Of a stretch of 13,011 bases of DNA, positions 5,989-11,953 are shown one piece after another. The stretch spans positions 1-13,011 of the forward strand of contig NZ_JAPNJZ010000012.1 of NCBI RefSeq assembly GCF_026626765.1, in the 5' to 3' direction. The stretch is from Corallococcus sp. bb12-1 (GTDB taxonomy: Bacteria > Myxococcota > Myxococcia > Myxococcales > Myxococcaceae). How positions within the stretch are numbered: the first letter of the stretch is position 1; every line of letters begins with the position of its first letter. The position numbers and the translations under genes are program-made. The notes under the pieces are model-generated. The model had not been told where the DNA came from. It saw only the letters and a list, made by a program, of their open reading frames with translations, and did no database searches.

Positions 5989-7488
5989 ATGACCCACACG
6001 CTCCTTCCGTTCCGTCGCAAGCTCGTGACCGCCGTGTTGGTGCTGGCGTCGCCCACACTCGCCCTGGCGCAGGCTCCGGCGCCCAAGCCCGCCGCTCCGC
6101 GGACGCAGCCGGCGGTCACCGGGCAGGCCGGCAACCTCCAACCCGCCACGCGCGAGGCCCAGTCGCTGGCCTCGCTGGCCCCGCTGGTGGACTCGGTGAA
6201 GTCCGCCGTCGTGAACGTGGATGTGCAGGCCCGTCCCGAAATGCCGGAGGGCATGGAGGACAACCCGCTCTTCGACCGCTTCTTCGGCGGAAACGGTGGG
6301 CGGGGTGGCGGCCGCAGTGAGCGGGAGCAGGTCCGCCAGGGCGCCGGGTCCGGCTTCATCATCGACCCCAAGGGTCTGGTGCTCACCAACAACCACGTCA
6401 TCGCGGACGCGGTCACCATCACCATCCGCCTGGACGACGGCCGTTCGTTCACCGGCGAGGTGGTGGGGCGCGACCCGCTCACCGACGTGGCCGTGGTGAA
6501 GATCAAGGAGAAGGTGGATCAGCTGCCCACCGTGAAGCTGGGCGACTCGGACGCGGTGCGCGTGGGCGACTGGGTGCTGGCCATTGGCAACCCGTTCGGC
6601 CTCGCGTCCAGCGTCAGCGTGGGCATCCTGTCCGCGCGGGCCCGGGAGATTGGCGCCAGCGCGTACGACGACTTCCTCCAGACGGACGCGGCCATCAACC
6701 CTGGCAACTCCGGCGGCCCGCTGTTCAACATGAAGGGCGAGGTGGTGGGCATCAACACCGCCATCGTCGGCGGCGGCACGGGCATCGGCTTCTCCGTGCC
6801 CAGCAACCTCATCAAGGCGCTCCTGCCGCAGTTGGAGAAGAGCGGCTCCGTCACGCGCGGCTGGCTGGGCGTGGGCATCCAGCCCCTCACGCGCGACTTG
6901 GCGCAGGCGCTGAAGCTGCCAGTGAACGAGGGCGCCATCCTCACGCAGATCAACCCCGGCTCCCCCGCGGCGAAGGCGGGGCTCAAGGCGGACGACGTGG
7001 TCGTCGCCGTGGACGGGCAGAAGGTCCGCTCCGACAGCGAGCTCACCCGCACGGTGGCGCTCAAGAAGCCCAACAGCGTCACCACGCTCAGCCTCTACCG
7101 CGACGGCAAGGCCCAGGACGTGAAGGTGACCATGGGCACCCGGCCGGACCTGGAGGGCCTGTCCAAGAAGAAGCCCGAGGCCGCCGAGGAGCAGGACACC
7201 TCGCGCCGCGTGGGCGTGTCCCTGCAGGACCTGGATGCGCGCACCGCGTCCCAGGCGGGCTTCACCGAACGCTCCGGGGCGCTCATCACCGACGTCCTCC
7301 CCGGCTCGCCCGCGGACCGCGCGCAGCTGTCCCCGGGCATGTTGGTGGTGGAGGCGAACCGCAAGCCCATCGCGAGCGCGAAGGAGCTGGCTGCGGTCAT
7401 CCGCGCCGCGCCCGCGGGCGGCACCCTGCTGCTGCGCGTGGCCGGTCCCGGCGGCGGGCGGCTCCTGCGCGCGTTGAAGATGCCCTGA
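5989..7488 (+). CDS. htrA: Periplasmic HtrA/DegP/DegQ (Do) family serine endoprotease with a signal peptide and two PDZ domains, 499 aa.
   Basis: ATG at 5989 with AAGGA 5-8 nt upstream; the ORF track's TTG at 5977 is less likely. The signal peptide is MTHTLLPFRRKLVTAVLVLASPTLALAQA. Trypsin-fold motifs are present: GSGFIIDPKGLVLTNNHVI (His), DVAVVKI (Asp) and GNSGGPLFN (Ser). Two PDZ-like segments follow, containing GAILTQINPGSPAAKAGLKADDVVVAVDG and GALITDVLPGSPADRAQLSPGMLVVEANRKPI. Stop is TGA at 7486-7488. Confidence 0.9.
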   Translation: MTHTLLPFRRKLVTAVLVLASPTLALAQAPAPKPAAPRTQPAVTGQAGNLQPATREAQSLASLAPLVDSVKSAVVNVDVQARPEMPEGMEDNPLFDRFFGGNGGRGGGRSEREQVRQGAGSGFIIDPKGLVLTNNHVIADAVTITIRLDDGRSFTGEVVGRDPLTDVAVVKIKEKVDQLPTVKLGDSDAVRVGDWVLAIGNPFGLASSVSVGILSARAREIGASAYDDFLQTDAAINPGNSGGPLFNMKGEVVGINTAIVGGGTGIGFSVPSNLIKALLPQLEKSGSVTRGWLGVGIQPLTRDLAQALKLPVNEGAILTQINPGSPAAKAGLKADDVVVAVDGQKVRSDSELTRTVALKKPNSVTTLSLYRDGKAQDVKVTMGTRPDLEGLSKKKPEAAEEQDTSRRVGVSLQDLDARTASQAGFTERSGALITDVLPGSPADRAQLSPGMLVVEANRKPIASAKELAAVIRAAPAGGTLLLRVAGPGGGRLLRALKMP

Positions 7489-7503
7489 GGCGAGCGAGCG
7501 GCG

Positions 7504-8097
7504 ATGAGCGTCAACTACGTCTCGCTGGGTGACAGCACGGCGGTGGGGGTGGGGGCGGCGCAGGGCGGGGGATATCCCGACCGGCTCGCCTCCCGCCTCC
7601 GACAGGGTGGCCTGCCGGTGGGCCACACCAACCTGGGGCAGAGCGGCGCGCGCGTGCGCGACGTCGTCACCCACGCCCTCAAGCGCGTCGTCGCGTTGCA
7701 GCCCACGCTCATCACCCTGGGCGTGGGCACCAACGACCTCTGGCGCGGCACCGAGGTGGCGGAGTACCAGGACGACCTGGACCGCATCGCCCGGCGCCTG
7801 AAGCAGACCGGCGCGTCCATGGTGGTGGTGAACCTGGCCGACATGGCGCTCGCGCCCATCGCGAAGCTGGTGCCGAGCGCGCTGTACGAAGGGCGCATCG
7901 AGCCGTTCAACGAAGCCATCGCCACGGTGGCCCGCGCGCACGGCCTGCACCTGGTGGACCTGTACACGGCCAGCCGCGAGATGATCCCCCGGCGCTCTGA
8001 CTTCTTCTCCCCGGACGGCTTCCACCCGTCCGCGGTGGGCTACGAAGAGTGGGCGGACCTGATGCTGCCCGTGGTGCGCACGCTCGTGCAGCGCTGA
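7504..8097 (+). CDS. SGNH/GDSL-family hydrolase (esterase/lipase-like), 197 aa. It is probably co-transcribed with htrA, given the 15-bp gap.
   Basis: Block I is VSLGDSTAVG (GDS nucleophile), block II is NLGQSGARV, block III is GVGTNDLW and block V is DGFHPS (DxxH). I did not identify a signal peptide. Confidence 0.8.
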   Translation: MSVNYVSLGDSTAVGVGAAQGGGYPDRLASRLRQGGLPVGHTNLGQSGARVRDVVTHALKRVVALQPTLITLGVGTNDLWRGTEVAEYQDDLDRIARRLKQTGASMVVVNLADMALAPIAKLVPSALYEGRIEPFNEAIATVARAHGLHLVDLYTASREMIPRRSDFFSPDGFHPSAVGYEEWADLMLPVVRTLVQR

Positions 8098-8120
8098 GTC
8101 CCGCGCACCGTTTCCCGCTT
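8073..8120. terminator. Possible terminator between the convergent SGNH (+) and cyclase (-) genes: GGTGCGC (8073-8079) pairs with GCGCACC (8103-8109) around a 23-nt loop, followed on the + strand by GTTTCCCGCTT.
   Basis: The 7-bp inverted repeat spans the SGNH stop codon (8095-8097). The loop is large, but an inner GCT...AGC pairing is possible. The downstream U-tract is weak. The two stop codons are only 22 bp apart. Confidence 0.2.
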
Positions 8121-10045
8121 CACGCCTTGGCGATGCCCGAGGGGGCAGGGGGCGTCGTCGGAGCGTCCGAGGGCGGGGCGTTGATGCTGCGCTCGCGGCC
8201 GGGGTGCATCTCCATGCCCGCTTCGAAACACGTCACGCGGTTGCGGCCCGTGCGCTTGCTGCAATAGAGCGCCGAGTCCGCGCAATCCACCAGCGTCTCC
8301 TGCGAGTTCGCGTCCGTGGGGAAGTGCGCGACGCCAATGGACACCGTGACGTGGTTGCCCGGCAGGCCCGGCCGGCCCAGCGCTCCGGAATCCGCCACCG
8401 CGCGGCGCAGCGTCTCCGCGACCTCGAACGCCGTCGCCTTGGAGACCTGCGGCAGCAGCAGCACGAACTCCTCGCCGCCATAGCGCCCCAGCGTGTCCAC
8501 CTTGCGCGCGCGGGTGCGCAGCACGTCGGAGACCCGGCGCAGCGTCTCATCACCGGCCCGGTGTCCGGCCAGGTCGTTGAGCCGCTTGAAGTGGTCCACG
8601 TCCACCATCAGGAGCGCCAGCGGCACGCCGAAGCGCTGGGCGCGCGCCAGCTCCAGGTCCAACCGCTGGAAGAGGTGGCGCCGGTTGGGCACGCCCGTGA
8701 GCGCGTCCGTCAGCGTGAGCTTCACCGTCTCCGCGTGCAGGCGCGCGTTCGTCACCGCAGTGGCCGCCTGATCCGCCACCGCGGTGAAGAGCTCGATCTC
8801 CTCCGCGGAGAAGCACGCCGTCTCCGGCCGCTGGAAGTTGATGACGCCCAGGAGCGTCTCCGCGTGCACCATGGGCACCGCGAGCAGCGAGCCCTGCTCC
8901 GAACCGCCGCGCAGGCCGCGCCGGGCGAAGATGCTGGTGCTGTCGGTGAGGTCCGGCAGGTACACCGCCTTGCGCGTCTGGGCGGCCCGGCCACACGCGC
9001 CCTCGCCCACGGCGAAGGTGTGGCCCTCCAGGCCCCGGCCCTTCGGCCACGCGTGCTTCACCTCCAGCATGCCGTCCTCGTTGAGGAGCATGATGGAGAA
9101 GTCGGGGATGTGCAGGCGCTCCACCACCATGCGGGTGATGCGCGACAGGAGCTCGTCCAGCTCCAGCGTGGTGTTGAGCGAGCGCGCCACGTCGAAGAGC
9201 AGCGACAGCTCCAGCAGGCGCTCCTCCAGTTCGTCCTTGAGCGCCAGCTTCTCCTTCACCAGCTCCAGGTCGCGGTGCGTGTCGATCTCCTCCACCTTCA
9301 TGGAGGTGAGCCGCGCGAGCATCTGGTTGAAGGCCGCGCCCAGCCGCGAAATCTCATCCGTGCCCCGGGCGTCCGCGCGCACCAGCAGGTCTCCGGACTC
9401 CGCGCGCCCCATGACCTCGCTCAGCCGCTTGAGCGGACGCGTGAGGACGAAGCGCAGGCTCAGCCACGTGACGAGCGCCAGGATGCCCACGAAGAGCACC
9501 ATCGCCCCCAGCGCGTCGCCGAACATCGTCTGCAACTGGCGGTGCAGCGCGGGCTCGCCCAGGCGCACCTGCAACGCGCCCATGCGCTGCGCGGCCTCGC
9601 CGGTGTGACAGCCGGAGCACTCGGGGCCGCCAAGGGGCCGCACCACCTCCGTGCCGTGGTCGATGGTGCGCGCCGCCTCCTGCCCCGTCGCCGACAGCCG
9701 CGCGGCCTCCGGATGCGGGTGGCCCTGTTCGGCTGGACGCCGGCTCCACCGGATGCGCCCGTCCGGCGTCAGCACCCGCAGGTCCTCCACGGAGCGGAAC
9801 AGCCGCGTGTCCGACGCCAGCACCTCCGCCACCGCGCCGTGCGGAGCCGCGCCCGGCGCCTGCGGCAGGGTGAACGTGGACGCCACGAACTCCGCCAGCG
9901 CCAGGGCTTCCAGGTGCGTGCCTTCGCGCACGGCCTGCCGCGTCTCGCGCGAGAAGTGCCACACGCCCAGCAACGCCACCACCAACCCTGGCAGGCCAAT
10001 GCTCCAGAGGAGCTTCCTGCCAATCGTCTCGGAACCCAGGGCCAT
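8120..10045 (-). CDS. Membrane-bound sensor diguanylate cyclase: TM1, a ~140-aa periplasmic domain with a CxxCH motif, TM2, HAMP, a coiled coil, GAF and GGDEF (GGEEF active site with an RxxD I-site).
   Basis: The stop is TGA, read as tca at 8120-8122. I prefer the ATG at 10045 (MALGSETIGRKLLWSIGLPGLVVALLGVWHF, where TM1 begins) to the track's TTG at 10135, because the putative promoter lies between them. The HAMP segment is LKRLSEVMGRAESGDLLVRADARGTDEISRLGAAFNQMLARL. The GAF domain contains LLFDVARSLNTTLELDELLSRITRMVVERLHIPDFSIMLLNEDG... The GGDEF domain contains LTGVPNRRHLFQRLDLELARAQRFGVPLALLMVDVDHFKRLNDLAGHRAGDETLRRV, with RKVD followed five residues later by GGEEF (canonical I-site spacing). 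The periplasmic motif GGPECSGCHTGEA is encoded at 9605-9619. Confidence 0.85.
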   Translation of the reverse strand: MALGSETIGRKLLWSIGLPGLVVALLGVWHFSRETRQAVREGTHLEALALAEFVASTFTLPQAPGAAPHGAVAEVLASDTRLFRSVEDLRVLTPDGRIRWSRRPAEQGHPHPEAARLSATGQEAARTIDHGTEVVRPLGGPECSGCHTGEAAQRMGALQVRLGEPALHRQLQTMFGDALGAMVLFVGILALVTWLSLRFVLTRPLKRLSEVMGRAESGDLLVRADARGTDEISRLGAAFNQMLARLTSMKVEEIDTHRDLELVKEKLALKDELEERLLELSLLFDVARSLNTTLELDELLSRITRMVVERLHIPDFSIMLLNEDGMLEVKHAWPKGRGLEGHTFAVGEGACGRAAQTRKAVYLPDLTDSTSIFARRGLRGGSEQGSLLAVPMVHAETLLGVINFQRPETACFSAEEIELFTAVADQAATAVTNARLHAETVKLTLTDALTGVPNRRHLFQRLDLELARAQRFGVPLALLMVDVDHFKRLNDLAGHRAGDETLRRVSDVLRTRARKVDTLGRYGGEEFVLLLPQVSKATAFEVAETLRRAVADSGALGRPGLPGNHVTVSIGVAHFPTDANSQETLVDCADSALYCSKRTGRNRVTCFEAGMEMHPGRERSINAPPSDAPTTPPAPSGIAKA

Positions 10046-10106
10046 GTGCGGAACGCAGTGTCTCCGAAGCCCGCGCGTTCTGTGCAGCGGGAAGGAGTGT
10101 CCAGAA

Positions 10107-10135
10107 ATTGTCAGGGGGGTGACACGCCCTGTCAA
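10107..10135 (-). promoter_or_regulatory. Sigma70-type promoter on the minus strand reading toward the cyclase gene: TTGACA (complement of 10130-10135), a 17-nt spacer, then GACAAT (complement of 10107-10112).
   Basis: It has a perfect -35 hexamer and a 4/6 -10 hexamer that keeps the conserved A2 and T6. The predicted transcription start near 10100 lies downstream of the TTG at 10135, which supports the ATG at 10045 as the true start. Confidence 0.35.
10109..10134. promoter_or_regulatory. Nested inverted repeats TGTCA-N6-TGACA-N5-TGTCA (10109-10113, 10120-10124, 10130-10134) overlapping the -35/spacer of the putative cyclase promoter. The geometry resembles a CRP/FNR-family operator.
   Basis: TGTCA and TGACA are reverse complements. 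The first pair forms a 16-bp 5-N6-5 palindrome, one mismatch per half-site from the E. coli CRP consensus TGTGA-N6-TCACA. It sits in the 190-bp divergent region between the cyclase and pgeF genes. Confidence 0.3.
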
Positions 10136-10237
10136 ACGTACTCACGTGGAAATATTGAAGCTGGACTGCTGTTAGCAGCGAGTTCCTGTTTTCAGGGGCT
10201 GCGCCCATCATGGGGCGGAAGGCCCGAGGAAAGCCCC

Positions 10238-11035
10238 ATGTCGTCCACGTCCGCGCCTGCATTCCTCACGTCCGCGCTGTTGCCGGTGCCGCACGGCTTC
10301 GCCACGCGCGAGGGTGGGGTGTCGGAAGGGCCCTACGCGTCGCTGAACCTGGGGTTCTCCGTGGGCGACGAGCGCTCCCGCGTGGAGGAGAACCACCGGC
10401 GGCTGGCCCGGGCGGTGGGCGCGAAGCTGGGCGCGCTGGGCCGGGTGTCGCAGGTGCACGGCGACCGGGTGCTGGAGGTGAAGGGCGAAGCCGAAGACGT
10501 GCTGCGCCCGACGCTGGGTGAAGCGGACGCGCTGTGGACCGAAGGGGAGGGCAGCTGGGTGGCGGTGGGCACCGCGGACTGCGTGCCGGTGCTGCTGGTG
10601 GATCCGCGGGGGCGCCGGGTGGCGGCGGTGCACTCGGGCTGGAAGGGCACGGACCTGGAGATCAGCGCGCGCACGGTGGAGGCGCTGGTGGCGAAGGGTT
10701 CGCGGCCGGAGCACCTGCTGGCGGCGGTGGGCCCCTGCATCCAGGCGTGCTGCTACGAGGTGTCGGCGGAATTGGGGGAGCGCTTCCGGGCGCGCTTCGG
10801 TCCGGAGGTGGTGCGCGAAGGCGTGAAGCCCCACCTGGATCTTCCCCGGGCGGTGAGGGGCTCGCTGCTCAAGGCGGGCCTGAAGCCGGAACACGTGGAC
10901 GTGCTACAGGCCTGTACGGCGTGTGAGCGCGAGCGGTTCTTCTCCCACCGCCGGGACGCGGGGCTCACGGGCCGGCACCTCAATTTCGTGCTACACCAGT
11001 TCGAGCGTCCCGTTCCAGACCGGCCGTTTTCTTGA
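10238..11035 (+). CDS. pgeF: PgeF/YfiH family protein (peptidoglycan editing factor; DUF152, laccase-domain / purine nucleoside phosphorylase-like), 265 aa.
   Basis: ATG at 10238 with GAGGA about 9 nt upstream. It lies in the same frame as the long artefactual ORF 8204-11035. Family motifs present: LNLGFSVGDE, GTADCVPVLLVD (conserved Cys), AAVHSGWKGT (conserved His) and GPCIQACCYEV. Stop is TGA at 11033-11035. Confidence 0.85.
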   Translation: MSSTSAPAFLTSALLPVPHGFATREGGVSEGPYASLNLGFSVGDERSRVEENHRRLARAVGAKLGALGRVSQVHGDRVLEVKGEAEDVLRPTLGEADALWTEGEGSWVAVGTADCVPVLLVDPRGRRVAAVHSGWKGTDLEISARTVEALVAKGSRPEHLLAAVGPCIQACCYEVSAELGERFRARFGPEVVREGVKPHLDLPRAVRGSLLKAGLKPEHVDVLQACTACERERFFSHRRDAGLTGRHLNFVLHQFERPVPDRPFS

Positions 11036-11089
11036 CGGTCTCCGACCGGCCTTCCTATCCTCGACGCGGAATCTCCTCCGTCCAGGCTC

Positions 11090-11926
11090 GTGCCGGTGCG
11101 CTCCTTCTTCTTCCGCCTGTTTGCTGTCGTGGCGCTGTGCGCGCCGACTGGTTGCGCCACCACCGCCGCTTCCCAGACGGAAGTGGGGCGGCTGGAGGCG
11201 GAGCTGCGCACGCTGCGCGTCACCCAGGCGAAGCTGGTGGAGCGCCTGGAGCGGCTGGAGAACCGTGACGCCGTCGCCCGCGCCCGCGCCGCGTCCACGC
11301 CGGCGACGCCTGCTCCGGCGCCCGCGAAGAAGCCCGACGCGCCCCCCGCCGACGAAGGCCTGGGGCTGCCCCCGTCGGAGCTTGCGGTGGTGCGGCTCAA
11401 GCCGAAGAAGGAACCGGCCCCGCGCATCGCCACGGCGGTCGCGGTGTCGGAGCCGGATCCGGACCAGATGGAGATGTTCATCAGCCCGGCGGACGGTTCG
11501 TCGGGGACCGCGTCTCCGGGCCGGGTGGAGGTGCCGGACAAGGATCCGGCCATCCTCGAAGCCGAGTACGAGCACGCCGTGGCGCTCCTGCGCACCGGCA
11601 ACGTGGACGGGGGCGTGGAGCAGCTCACGCGCTTCGCGGAGGAGAACCCCCGCCACCCCCGCGCGGACAACGCGCTGTACTTCACCGGCCTGGGGCAGAT
11701 GGGCCTCCATGACACGGCCAGCGCCGCGAAGACGTTCGAACGCCTCATCAAGACCTACCCCGCTGGGGATGCCATCCTGGACGGCATGCTCCGGCTCGCG
11801 GAGTGCCGGGTGCGGCTGAATCAGGCCGTGGATGCCAGGGCCCTCTATACTCGCGTCGTCACCCAGTTCCCGGGGACGGCCGCCGCCACGCAGGCGGAGC
11901 AGCGGCTCGCCGCGCTCTCGCCGTAA
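11090..11926 (+). CDS. Exported coiled-coil plus tetratricopeptide-repeat protein resembling YbgF/CpoB (the Tol-Pal-associated periplasmic protein), 278 aa.
   Basis: GTG start at 11090, the first start after the in-frame stop at 11033. The N-terminal signal is MPVRSFFFRLFAVVALCAPTGCATT. A coiled coil follows: QTEVGRLEAELRTLRVTQAKLVERLERLENRD. The C-terminal TPR region carries the YbgF-type pattern ...ALYFTGLGQMGLHDTASAAKTFERLIKTYPAGDAILDGMLRLAECRVRLNQAVDARALYTRVVTQFPGTAAATQAEQRLAAL. Stop is TAA at 11924-11926. Confidence 0.7.
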   Translation: MPVRSFFFRLFAVVALCAPTGCATTAASQTEVGRLEAELRTLRVTQAKLVERLERLENRDAVARARAASTPATPAPAPAKKPDAPPADEGLGLPPSELAVVRLKPKKEPAPRIATAVAVSEPDPDQMEMFISPADGSSGTASPGRVEVPDKDPAILEAEYEHAVALLRTGNVDGGVEQLTRFAEENPRHPRADNALYFTGLGQMGLHDTASAAKTFERLIKTYPAGDAILDGMLRLAECRVRLNQAVDARALYTRVVTQFPGTAAATQAEQRLAALSP

Positions 11927-11953
11927 GACCTTTTCGTGAAAGGACGTCGTCCG

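Noticed and set aside
4141-8025. A 1294-aa ORF on the minus strand, the longest in the track.
   Set aside because: It runs antisense across GH57, htrA and the SGNH gene, all of which have clear family motifs on the plus strand. Its translation is Arg/Ala/Gly-rich low-complexity with no recognisable domains. Long antisense ORFs are expected in 70% GC DNA because stop codons are AT-rich.
10046-10135. The track's TTG start at 10135 for the cyclase, which adds a 30-aa N-terminal extension MTGRVTPLTISGHSFPLHRTRGLRRHCVPH.
   Set aside because: A near-consensus TTGACA-N17-GACAAT promoter lies inside this extension. The extension is Arg/His-rich and precedes the first TM helix with no function I can see. 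The ATG at 10045 gives a standard topology. I kept it only as an alternative.
8204-11035. A 943-aa ORF on the plus strand.
   Set aside because: Only the last 265 codons (10238-11035, PgeF) look like a real protein. The upstream ~680 codons are the antisense of the diguanylate cyclase gene and translate to RA-rich nonsense. It is the same frame as pgeF merely extended upstream until a stop.
11927-11953. The CCTTT-tcgtg-AAAGG inverted repeat immediately after the YbgF-like stop.
   Set aside because: The stem is 5 bp and AT-rich, so it is very weak. It overlaps the AAAGGA ribosome-binding site of the LysM gene, so the complementarity is most likely incidental.
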